Source: Bacteroidia bacterium (GTDB lineage: Bacteria; Bacteroidota; Bacteroidia; UBA8524). Taken from it: a DNA stretch of 64,000 bases. Shown here in pieces: positions 28,450 to 37,333 of the stretch. The DNA lies in contig CAXPEB010000094.1 in NCBI GenBank assembly GCA_964215915.1, positions 535-64,534 on the forward strand. The letters run 5' to 3'. The first letter of the stretch is position 1. Each line of letters starts with the position of its first letter. The notes beneath the pieces were generated by a model. The model made no database searches. It was given only the letters and a program-made list of their open reading frames with translations, and was not told where the DNA came from. A program made the translations under genes and the position numbers.

Positions 28450-29607
28450 CTACAGGTTCTTTCTTAACGTGATCCGGAAGGTGGTGCCTTTACCGGGAGT
28501 GGATTCCTTTACGAATATCTTCCCTCTGTGGTATTCTTCAATAATACGTTTGGCAAGAGAAAGGCCCAAACCCCAGCCACGCTTCTTGGTGGTAAAACCG
28601 GGTTTGAAAACATCTTTGAATTTGGAGGAAGGAATTCCCTTACCGGTATCCGTGATATCAATATAGATCAGCTTTTTCGATTCCGACAGGTGGAAGGTAA
28701 TACTCCCTTTTCCTTCCATGGCATCGATGGCATTTTTGGTAAGGTTCTCAAGCACCCAGTCGAAGAGTTGCACATTGACCCGGGCAAAGCAATTGTGAAG
28801 TTCATCGGCTTCTACCTTTATGTATACTTTGCTGGAGGCTCTGAGCCCCATATAGGATACCGATCGGTCAATCAGTTCTTTCACGTCACGGTCTTCAAGC
28901 ACAGGCGTGGACCCAATCTTGGAAAAGCGTTCGGAAACCAGCTTAAGGCGCTGAATGTCCTTCTCCATTTCATCAAGCATCTCCGGATCGGGTTTGCCGT
29001 CGAGGTTGCGGAAAATATCCACCCAGGCGATCAACGAGGAAATTGGAGTCCCGAGCTGATGGGCCGTTTCCTTGGCCAGGCCTACCCATACCCGGTTTTG
29101 TTCCGATCGACGTGAGGCATTGAAGGCTAGGTAGCTTACCAGCAGAAACAGCGAGATAACGGCAATCTGATAGATGGGGTAATACCGGAGCTGGGTTAGC
29201 AGGATAGAATTCTTGTAGTAAACGTATTGTTTCTTGCCTTCCAGGTATTCGATGATCAGGGGTGGGTTTTCCTTCATCATCTCCAGAAGCTGTTCATTCA
29301 GGTATTCCGGGTCATTAATCCTACTGGTATCCAGGTTCCTGGAGTTGAGGATAGTGCCGTCTTCATCAGTAAGGATGATGGGAATATTGTTGCTGCTTTG
29401 TTGCATGACATCCATCAGGAAGGTCACGTCTTCGTCTTCGGCTTCATTGAGTCGCTGCACCGCGGCAGTCCATTGGTTGACCCGGTTCTGTTCTTCCTTG
29501 GCTAATTTTTTAACCAGGCGATTGGTATATAAAAGCGACAGCACCGCGATATTCACCGCGAAAAGCAACAAAACGATTTTCCATACCAGTTTCAGCTGAA
29601 AGGACAT
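28450..29607 (-). CDS. sensor histidine kinase (two TM segments, periplasmic domain, HisKA + HATPase_c)
   Basis: H-box ETAHQLGTPISSL, N-box LENLTKNAIDAM, G1 ITDTGKGIP and G2 GWGLGLSLAK. The TM segments are IVLLLFAVNIAVLSLLY and IYQIAVISLFLLVSYLAF. Confidence 0.85.
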   Translation of the reverse strand: MSFQLKLVWKIVLLLFAVNIAVLSLLYTNRLVKKLAKEEQNRVNQWTAAVQRLNEAEDEDVTFLMDVMQQSSNNIPIILTDEDGTILNSRNLDTSRINDPEYLNEQLLEMMKENPPLIIEYLEGKKQYVYYKNSILLTQLRYYPIYQIAVISLFLLVSYLAFNASRRSEQNRVWVGLAKETAHQLGTPISSLIAWVDIFRNLDGKPDPEMLDEMEKDIQRLKLVSERFSKIGSTPVLEDRDVKELIDRSVSYMGLRASSKVYIKVEADELHNCFARVNVQLFDWVLENLTKNAIDAMEGKGSITFHLSESKKLIYIDITDTGKGIPSSKFKDVFKPGFTTKKRGWGLGLSLAKRIIEEYHRGKIFVKESTPGKGTTFRITLRKNL

Positions 29608-29654
29608 CCCGACGAAATTACCGTAAAAAGGCGTCTATTCTGTAATTTGCCCCT

Positions 29655-30383
29655 GTGATTCTACAACACAGGCAACGTAACTATTCGCTGGACACATGTA
29701 TCGATTTGTCCATTCCCGTTCGTCGTGATGAACGCTCGGTAGAAGCTTTCTATATCCCTCATGCCCAAATGGAGCCCTTCTGTATGGGGCCCTTTGTAGG
29801 GTCAGTGACACAGGGAGGCGCCTGCAATTGCGAAAACATCCGTTTCAACCCGCACGGCAATGGCTCCCATACCGAATGTGTGGGCCACGTGAGCAAAGAA
29901 GCACATTATCTGCCCGATAGCCTCAGCCGTTACTTCTGGGAAGCAAAACTGATCAGTATTGAACCCGTACAACAGGAAAACGGCGACTGGCTTATCCTGG
30001 ACGAACAAATCCCGGATGAGCTCCCGGAAGCCCTTATCATACGTACCCTTCCCAACCCGGAAGACAAGCGATTCAAAAAATACTCCGGGACCAACCCAAT
30101 ATATCTCCATCCAAATGCGGCTCTCAAAATCCGGAATAAGGGTGTTTTACACTTGCTGATCGATCTGCCTTCTGTTGACAAAGAAGAAGACGGTGGCGCA
30201 TTGGCCGCTCACAAAAACTTCTGGAATTATCCGGATGCACCCCGTTTGGACGCTACCATTACGGAACTGATTTACGTTCCAGACCATGCGGTAGACGGGT
30301 CCTATCTGCTCAACCTGATGTGCCCGGGTATGGAATGCGATGCGGTCCCCAGCAAACCCGTTCTCTACCCTCCTGCAGTTTGA
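29655..30383 (+). CDS. putative-cyclase-family (arylformamidase-like) metal hydrolase, GTG start
   Basis: NPHGNGSHTECVGHV resembles the HxGTHxDxPxH metal motif. LLIDLPSVDKEED resembles the downstream acidic motif. Confidence 0.55.
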   Translation: MILQHRQRNYSLDTCIDLSIPVRRDERSVEAFYIPHAQMEPFCMGPFVGSVTQGGACNCENIRFNPHGNGSHTECVGHVSKEAHYLPDSLSRYFWEAKLISIEPVQQENGDWLILDEQIPDELPEALIIRTLPNPEDKRFKKYSGTNPIYLHPNAALKIRNKGVLHLLIDLPSVDKEEDGGALAAHKNFWNYPDAPRLDATITELIYVPDHAVDGSYLLNLMCPGMECDAVPSKPVLYPPAV

Positions 30384-30390
30384 ACCCTGA

Positions 30391-31281
30391 TCAACGGGCT
30401 ACGATGACCCGGCTGAACCGGCTGCCTTCCGCCAGATCAACCCGAAGCAAATACACTCCTACCGGCAGGGAAGATACCGGAAGCACTCCCTCTTTCTCTA
30501 CCCAACCGTTGTGTTTTACAACGCCGGAAAAATCATACAGGAAGAAGCGAGTACCGGTATAAGAGTCAGGTAGGTATAGAATATTGTCAGCAGGATTGGG
30601 GTATACCGGTATTCCATCACCCGGCAGGGATGCCCTGCTGGGACTTACCTGTATCTCAAGTATGGAATTCCCGGTACACCCGTGGGAATCCACTCCTTTC
30701 ACAATGTAGGTGTAGTTGTCAAAAAGGTACTGGACAATAGAATCCCCCTGAAGGCCAAGGTTCGTCACCCCTGAACCCGAATTCCGGTACCAGTAATACG
30801 TGAGTCCCGCCACATTAGCTTCCGTCCAGGCTTTAAGAATATATTCTCCGTGAGCCGGGCCCGGATATGCACTGCTTTGAACAAGAAATCCGTTGTGTGT
30901 GATCAGGGTATCCCGACGGTATATGGAACGGTCATACTTATTGGTAATCGTGACCCCAAGCAGGAAAGTATCCGGCCAAAGGTCCAGAACAACCGGGTTC
31001 CCCGGAACATTATTCATTACAACCTTATTTTTCCGCAACACCGAAGTGGTCACCCTGGTATCGGTTCCGGAAACCTGATAGGTCAATTTTATCCTGCCAC
31101 AATTCAGTTCCACTGCAGACCAGTTGATCAATTCGGGAAATTCCTGTTTGTTCTTGTCATCCGGCAGATAATGGTCGTCCCGACCTTTTTCCGTATTGAG
31201 GCTATCGTTCGGATCGAAGGGTTGGGCCTGCATACGGGCGTAACCAAGAAGAATAAGAAATAATATCGCGGAGTGTTTCAT
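30391..31281 (-). CDS. secreted protein with T9SS type A C-terminal sorting domain
   Basis: Signal peptide MKHSAILFLILLGYARMQAQ. It has an Ig-like module with LTYYWYRNSG...VDSHGCTGN, and the C-terminus is VYPNPADNILYL...LPVGVYLLRVDL. Confidence 0.7.
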   Translation of the reverse strand: MKHSAILFLILLGYARMQAQPFDPNDSLNTEKGRDDHYLPDDKNKQEFPELINWSAVELNCGRIKLTYQVSGTDTRVTTSVLRKNKVVMNNVPGNPVVLDLWPDTFLLGVTITNKYDRSIYRRDTLITHNGFLVQSSAYPGPAHGEYILKAWTEANVAGLTYYWYRNSGSGVTNLGLQGDSIVQYLFDNYTYIVKGVDSHGCTGNSILEIQVSPSRASLPGDGIPVYPNPADNILYLPDSYTGTRFFLYDFSGVVKHNGWVEKEGVLPVSSLPVGVYLLRVDLAEGSRFSRVIVAR

Positions 31282-31311
31282 TGATATCTTTATTTCCGGA
31301 ATGGTTATCCA

Positions 31312-32454
31312 TCATTCTTTCCTGATCTGGAGCCTTTGTGTATGGATGCTTCCGTCATTCATAAACAAACGGACAACGTATATCCCGGAATCGAGATACC
31401 TGCTGTCCAGGAGATAGTGATTTGTTGCAGAAAACTGTTTCCAAAGGATTCTTTTTCCGTTAATCGTATGTATGCTAACACCCACCAAAGAAGCAGAGGT
31501 GCTTTCGAGGTTAAGCCAATTCCCAGCGGGATTGGGATAAATGACTGCACCAGGATCGGGTTGAGACAACCCATTCGGGTCAACTTGTATCAGCTGACTT
31601 AAGGTATCGTGGCATCCCTGCCCATTATCCACCACAATCATATAAGTGGTATTCTCCCATACCTGGACGGTAAGCGATGAGCCCGTATGCATAAGCGTAT
31701 CCCAGCCCAGCGAATTATGCCGGTACCATTCATAGGTTAGCAATGGATTTCCGAATCGTTTTTGAATTTCAAGAAGGTACTCATTGGGTTCTGACAGCGC
31801 TGTTTTGTTTAGCGACACCCCGTATTTATGCCTCAGAATCAGCGTGTCCTGTCTCATATTACTTACAGGAACTTTGTTCGCCATAAAGGTTCTGAGCAGG
31901 TAACGTCCCGGCCCATAATTCGGGTTATAACTAAAATAATTCGTGTCCGCAAAGGTGAGCAGTAAGTTATTCGCGCTGTCATACAGACGAAAATAAAAGG
32001 TGTCTGTCCAGATATTGAATCGTGGATGCAAGACAAAATTCCCGCAGTTATCTTCAGAATAACTGAAACTATCTATAGCAGGAAATCCATAAACGGTAAT
32101 GGAGAACGTATCCACCTTCTGATCCGTACCATCATCGAGAGTAACAAAAAACAGATGAGGATTGCCAGCGGTATCTGCCGCGGCAGGAGTCCAGCAGATC
32201 TGGCCGGTGGCCAGCCTTACCGCGCCGCTGTTATGCGTAAATGTCGCTCCCGTAACCGATGTGCTCCAACTGATACGAACCGTGTCACCCGGATCATCAT
32301 CAGCTGTCAGGATATTGAGACAAACATTGGAGCCTATTACTGTTATGGCTGACTTGCTCCCCTGGGTGTAGGGTATATGATTTTGAGCAAATAAAACCGT
32401 ACCCGCAAAGAGGAGTATGGTAGTAAGCAGAGAAAAGCGTAGTTGTTTTTTCAT
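31312..32454 (-). CDS. secreted protein with T9SS type A C-terminal sorting domain
   Basis: Signal peptide MKKQLRFSLLTTILLFAGTVLFAQ. It has a module LTYEWYRHNS...DNGQGCHDT, and the C-terminus is IYPNPAGNWLNL...LDSGIYVVRLFM. Confidence 0.7.
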   Translation of the reverse strand: MKKQLRFSLLTTILLFAGTVLFAQNHIPYTQGSKSAITVIGSNVCLNILTADDDPGDTVRISWSTSVTGATFTHNSGAVRLATGQICWTPAAADTAGNPHLFFVTLDDGTDQKVDTFSITVYGFPAIDSFSYSEDNCGNFVLHPRFNIWTDTFYFRLYDSANNLLLTFADTNYFSYNPNYGPGRYLLRTFMANKVPVSNMRQDTLILRHKYGVSLNKTALSEPNEYLLEIQKRFGNPLLTYEWYRHNSLGWDTLMHTGSSLTVQVWENTTYMIVVDNGQGCHDTLSQLIQVDPNGLSQPDPGAVIYPNPAGNWLNLESTSASLVGVSIHTINGKRILWKQFSATNHYLLDSRYLDSGIYVVRLFMNDGSIHTQRLQIRKE

Positions 32455-32537
32455 AGACTACCCATAGACATTCCTCTTACACTCAATGCTGCTTAGCCAT
32501 GAAATCAGAATTGCCCGCGAGTAATCGCTCGTAAATC

Positions 32538-35500
32538 TTACCGCACCAGGCTAATGGTTCCGCTCTTGTTCTCCCGGTTACCATTCTCCAGGTCAACTAC
32601 CACCCGGTAGAGATAAACCCCGGTAGGCATGGCTTCGCCGCTTTCCTGGCTGGTTCCGTCCCAGTGGAAGTTTTCATCCTCAGAATAGAAGATCAGCGCT
32701 CCCCAGCGGTCGTAGATCCAGATCCTCAACCGTTCGATTCCCGTACCGTTTACATGGAATTCGTCATTAAGCAAATCCTGGTTCGGGGTAAATCCGGAAG
32801 GGATATAGCAAGAATAGATCTCATTGACCCGGAAAATTTTGGTGAGCGTGTCTTTACATCCAAACTGCGACTCCACAAATAGCGTCACATCATAATATCC
32901 GGTATCCGCATAGGTATGTATGGGTGACTGCAGGGTGGAACTGTTTCCATCCCCGAAATCCCAGTACCAGTTCTGTCCCTGTGTTGAGCTGTTCAGAAGC
33001 GTTACCACCGGCGTCACTATGTCGGTTACTTTCGGACTGAACGCATAGATCGCAACCGGTTTCGGATGAACCAGAATATCGGCATAACGGCTGCTGTCCA
33101 CACATCCGTAATTGGAGGTTACTTCAACCTTAACCGGGAACAGCCCGGGTTTTTCAAAAAGGTAGCTCAGGTGATTGACCCCGGTATTCTGCACTTTCCC
33201 ATTATCCAGGTACCATTTCCAGTTGGAGAAGCCGCCGGTATCCTGATGTCCGGAGCTTAGTTCAACCCTAAGCGGCTGACAACCTTCCACGATATCCGGA
33301 AGAATCGCGGTATCCGGCAGAGCGGCCATGGTTACATATACGGTATCATAAGCTGGGAAAGAACAGTTATCGGTAAGGGTCACCACATACTTTTCATCCT
33401 GAGCGGGCACCACCTTTTTCACGGTACCTGTTCCCAGAGCGTGGCTCCAGGTAAACGTATAGGTGGAGCTGACCCCGCCTGATCCGCTGGCTCTCAGAGC
33501 AAGGGGTTTTTGCGGGCAAACCAGGGTATCGCCTGCACCCGTCACACTTAGCGGAGTGGCAATTCTAACCTGGACATATGCCGTATCCCAGGGGCTGCAC
33601 CCATCACTCATGATCACCCGGAAGCTGGAATCCACAAGAGGTTGTACCTGTTGGCTCGCTCCATTGCCGATATATTGCCAGCTGTATGTGTAGTTGCTGC
33701 CAAGTCCGCCTTTACCACTTGCCTGCAAATTGGCAACAGCGCCGTGACAAATAGTGGTATCCGAAGGAACGGTGCTCACCTCCAGCCAGTCGCGCAGGAT
33801 AACCTTCACTGTGGAAGAATCCTTCTTCACCGTACAGTTGTCCTGCAAGCGCACCGTATACGTAAAATCCGTTTTGGGGCTTACCGCATAAGCGATCCCG
33901 GCGGGTAAGGTGGTTTCTGTTGTGCCGTCGCTCCACACGAATTCATAGCCCGGAGCGTATCCTCCTGAGCCTGTTGCATGAAGCAGGGGTGTGTTTTCAC
34001 GGCAAATGGTGGTATCCGCCATTGCCGTAATTTTCAGTGGGTCTCTCAGGGTAATGCGCACCGAGTCGCTGGTGGACAAGGCCGTGCAATTATCGGTTAG
34101 GGTCACATAGTATGTGGTATGATCGTTAGGGGTGACTGAAATATTATTTCCCACACCAATGCCCTGCCAATCATAAGTATAATGCAACGAGTCTCCACCG
34201 GTACCATCCACATGCAGTAGAAGCGATTCTCCGCGACAGATGGTGCTATCAGGGCGTACCAATACGGTTAGCGGGTACCTCAGGGTGATGGTAATGCTGT
34301 TGGTATCGATGAAGTTGGTACAGCCGTCGCTGATTTGCACTTTGTAGTTGGTTGCACTCTGCGTGGGCACCACAAAATTTGAGTCATTCGGTGCCAGTCC
34401 GTGGTCCCAGGTATAGGTATAACCTCCCGGATGGCCTCCGGTTCCCCAGGCATGAAGCCATATACCCTGCCCGTCGCAGATGAGCGTATCGGTACGGGTA
34501 TGAAGTTTCAGGGAATCCCTCCGGATTGCAGTAAAATAGGACGAGTCCAGATCGTCTGAGCAACCGCCGTCATCCACTATCAGTTTAAAAGTAATGCTGG
34601 TATCCTGGCTCGGCCAGACGAAACTCGAATCCGTGCTTACCAGGTTGGTATCCACGTACCAGCGATAATTGTATTGGCTGTCTAATCCGCCTTGCGTTGC
34701 GGCATATATGGTTACCGGTTCTCCAATACAGAGGGTGGTATCCGGCCGTGCATTGCTTTGGATATGTCCCCGGACGTTGACCGTTACAATAGCCGTATCC
34801 CGTATGATGGAACAACTATCATAAAGCACCAGCCGGTAAGGGGTGGTCTCCCGCGGACTTACCTGGAAGGAATCTCCATAGCCCATATGGGTGCTTGTTT
34901 TCGTATTGAACCAGGAATAGAGGTATTGTTTGGGTTTACCCCCATATCCTGAGGTATAAAGCCAAACGGATTCTCCCTGGCAAATCGTGGTGTCGGTCCG
35001 CGGATCAAGTTTCGGGTGAGAGATCACCCGGATTTCCGTGGTATCCAGGTAATAACATTGCGAAATGGTATCTTCACTACGCAGAATAAAACCCTGTGTG
35101 GCAGGCGGGTAGATGGAGGTGTTTACCTGAGAGCTGTCTTCCAGGTAAGGGTCCGAGAACCAGGCAAAATTGGCTCCTCCGCTTCCGCTGATGTATACCG
35201 TATCTCCGTAGCACATGGAGTCATCCGGCCCGGCATTGGTGGGTGGAGTTGGCTTTACCCGCAGGGGATCCTCAAACGGATAACCCCGGATGGCTGGCCC
35301 GGTGGCATCCACGCGAAGACGGTATCCACTGCCTTCCGGAACAGTGAGAGGCACGGCACAATCAATAACCCCTGAGCCCGTATCCTGAACACTCCCAATG
35401 GAAATGGCATCAAAAAAGACCCCTGCCCGGTTGGATAGTTTTACAGTAAAGGTGTTACCTACATCAAAATTATCGTGTTTGGAATAATAGACCCGGATCG

Positions 35501-37148
35501 AATCACCCGGGCAAATGATATGCGGGGCAAACGAATCCACCTGGATGTATTGTTCCCGTATGGCCCATATCGCAGGGGTATAATAACTCAACCCTCCTTC
35601 AAGGGCCACTTCGTTCGTATCGTTATTAAAGAACAGTTTAACCGTATCGCCATAGGAATTATACCCCCATGTACGACTTGTTTTCCAGTAGGTTGCCCCG
35701 GCATTATCCGTTGACACGCCACCGCCATTGGTCTTCTCTTCCCAGTAATACACCAGGGAATCATTATCACGGATTCCCGATCGGGCATTCCATTCGCTGG
35801 TGCCGTTTGTGGTGATCTTAAGAAGAAAGGCGTCCGTCGCATATACGGACCCGCTCCAGTTGCCATTGAATGGAGGTACATAGAATTCGCAGATACTGGT
35901 GGAATCGGTGGTTCGGTCAATCGTGCCCGAAACAAATATCTTTCCTGCAAAATCTACGTCCAGAGAAGCTATACTGATGCGGTTCCAGGTCCACCACCAA
36001 CCGCCTGGAGTAGTGGTGGAGTTGTCACCGAAACGTTTGACCCAACTCAGTGCTCCCGTAGGAGTGAGTTTCGATACATACAAGTCATCTGCCCCTATCC
36101 CTCCGTTAGTGGTAAGGCGGGTATTATAAAAGCTGTCCGCACCCGCCATCATCCGGCCCGCCGCGTAGATCATGCCACTTTCATCCACGGCTATTGCAGA
36201 CGTGGTGGCCCCCATCTGTCGGGCCCATAGCGGAGTACCGTTGGATGGCAACACCTTCATCACAAAACCGTTCTGATCCTGCTGCGAACTGCCTGCATGG
36301 ATTCTGGAAGCTCCGGCCTGCAAGGTATTGGTAAAGGCCCCGGAAACATAAACATTCCCGAAACGGTCACAGACCACATCACCCCCTGCAGATTGCCAGG
36401 CACTTGTGCCGTCAGTAGTGGCAATACGTCTGCAATAGTAAGGAGAGCCGGTAGTATTCAGTTTCAGCAGGAATACACTCCAACCGGCGCTGCTACCGGA
36501 AATTCCGGTATTTCCATACTGAAAATAACCCTGAAAGAGGCCGGTAAGATAGATATCTCCGGCAGGTGTGGCCGTAATGCCGGTAGGGTAATCCTGCAGG
36601 TTTCCACCAACGGTTTGAGCCCATACCACATTACCGGAATCATTCAACTTTACAATCCAGATATCACCCTGGCCGTATTGGTTAACGGGGATACCCGCTA
36701 TGGAACCCACCGAAGTACTCCAGGTTGACCCTACTATGTAGGAGTTTCCTGCCGTATCAATACAAAGAGAAGTAGTATAGAGATAACCGCCTGTGGCCGG
36801 AAGTGTGGTGGCCCATTGGACCTCCCCCTTACGGTTGTATTTCACGACATAAGGCGTAATATAACCACCATTGGATTGCGCATAAACACTGTCTCCGAAA
36901 TCAAGATAACCGCTGCTCTGAACATATTGGGGACCTAGAACCGATCCCATGGAATAGATGTTTCCGTATTCGTCGCACACCATGTCTTGGGAACCACTGC
37001 CCCAGGATGTGGTATTCCATCCATGCGCACCATCACCGTCAAGCCGGCTCCAGTCGTATTTTTGCGCGATTGCGGGATTAAGGCCATAGAAGACCAATGG
37101 AATAAGCAGGCCGATATATAGCCTCTTCTTCAGCAGGTTTGGTTTCAT
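32538..37148 (-). CDS. 1536-aa cell-surface adhesin-like protein: beta-propeller repeats, 8 tandem Cys-containing Ig-like repeats, PKD-like domains, T9SS type B (gliding-motility-associated) C-terminal domain
   Basis: Signal peptide at the N-terminus. SBBP-like repeats (DEYGNIYSMGS, DTAGNSYIVGS, GDIWIVKLNDSGNVVWA, DRFGNVYVSGA, ...). Eight DTxIC...GG....Y.Y.W...D.C repeats. A PKD motif WYWDFGDGNSS...HTY...GYYDVTL. The C-terminus is YIPSGFTPNQDLLNDEFHV...IYDRWGALIF...WDG...PTGVYLYRV. Confidence 0.85.
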   Translation of the reverse strand: MKPNLLKKRLYIGLLIPLVFYGLNPAIAQKYDWSRLDGDGAHGWNTTSWGSGSQDMVCDEYGNIYSMGSVLGPQYVQSSGYLDFGDSVYAQSNGGYITPYVVKYNRKGEVQWATTLPATGGYLYTTSLCIDTAGNSYIVGSTWSTSVGSIAGIPVNQYGQGDIWIVKLNDSGNVVWAQTVGGNLQDYPTGITATPAGDIYLTGLFQGYFQYGNTGISGSSAGWSVFLLKLNTTGSPYYCRRIATTDGTSAWQSAGGDVVCDRFGNVYVSGAFTNTLQAGASRIHAGSSQQDQNGFVMKVLPSNGTPLWARQMGATTSAIAVDESGMIYAAGRMMAGADSFYNTRLTTNGGIGADDLYVSKLTPTGALSWVKRFGDNSTTTPGGWWWTWNRISIASLDVDFAGKIFVSGTIDRTTDSTSICEFYVPPFNGNWSGSVYATDAFLLKITTNGTSEWNARSGIRDNDSLVYYWEEKTNGGGVSTDNAGATYWKTSRTWGYNSYGDTVKLFFNNDTNEVALEGGLSYYTPAIWAIREQYIQVDSFAPHIICPGDSIRVYYSKHDNFDVGNTFTVKLSNRAGVFFDAISIGSVQDTGSGVIDCAVPLTVPEGSGYRLRVDATGPAIRGYPFEDPLRVKPTPPTNAGPDDSMCYGDTVYISGSGGANFAWFSDPYLEDSSQVNTSIYPPATQGFILRSEDTISQCYYLDTTEIRVISHPKLDPRTDTTICQGESVWLYTSGYGGKPKQYLYSWFNTKTSTHMGYGDSFQVSPRETTPYRLVLYDSCSIIRDTAIVTVNVRGHIQSNARPDTTLCIGEPVTIYAATQGGLDSQYNYRWYVDTNLVSTDSSFVWPSQDTSITFKLIVDDGGCSDDLDSSYFTAIRRDSLKLHTRTDTLICDGQGIWLHAWGTGGHPGGYTYTWDHGLAPNDSNFVVPTQSATNYKVQISDGCTNFIDTNSITITLRYPLTVLVRPDSTICRGESLLLHVDGTGGDSLHYTYDWQGIGVGNNISVTPNDHTTYYVTLTDNCTALSTSDSVRITLRDPLKITAMADTTICRENTPLLHATGSGGYAPGYEFVWSDGTTETTLPAGIAYAVSPKTDFTYTVRLQDNCTVKKDSSTVKVILRDWLEVSTVPSDTTICHGAVANLQASGKGGLGSNYTYSWQYIGNGASQQVQPLVDSSFRVIMSDGCSPWDTAYVQVRIATPLSVTGAGDTLVCPQKPLALRASGSGGVSSTYTFTWSHALGTGTVKKVVPAQDEKYVVTLTDNCSFPAYDTVYVTMAALPDTAILPDIVEGCQPLRVELSSGHQDTGGFSNWKWYLDNGKVQNTGVNHLSYLFEKPGLFPVKVEVTSNYGCVDSSRYADILVHPKPVAIYAFSPKVTDIVTPVVTLLNSSTQGQNWYWDFGDGNSSTLQSPIHTYADTGYYDVTLFVESQFGCKDTLTKIFRVNEIYSCYIPSGFTPNQDLLNDEFHVNGTGIERLRIWIYDRWGALIFYSEDENFHWDGTSQESGEAMPTGVYLYRVVVDLENGNRENKSGTISLVR
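33320..35228 (-). repeat. eight diverged tandem coding repeats (~240 nt, ~80 aa each) inside the adhesin gene
   Basis: On the protein the repeat units start at DDSMCYGD, DTTICQGE, DTTLCIGE, DTLICDGQ, DSTICRGE, DTTICREN, DTTICHGA and DTLVCPQK. Each has two conserved Cys and a GG....Y.Y.W core. Confidence 0.8.
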
Positions 37149-37333
37149 TACATTTCAATAATAATCAATGTGTAACGGTCGAAGAATTTTACGTCAATTC
37201 TTTCGACCGAATTCTCTTTCAGCAGGGTTTTGGTTATAAGTATGAGTGATTTAGGTCGGAAATCGTTGCCTGTACCTCTCTTCTTTTTCACTCTCACAAA
37301 ATCCGCAGAGCGCTGAATTGCCTATATTCGGTC

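Noticed and set aside
29655-30383. 'Cyclase-family' protein considered as a nucleotide-signalling cyclase linked to the adjacent kinase
   Set aside because: The motifs match the metal-dependent putative-cyclase/arylformamidase hydrolase family, not nucleotidyl cyclases. It is also transcribed divergently from the kinase.
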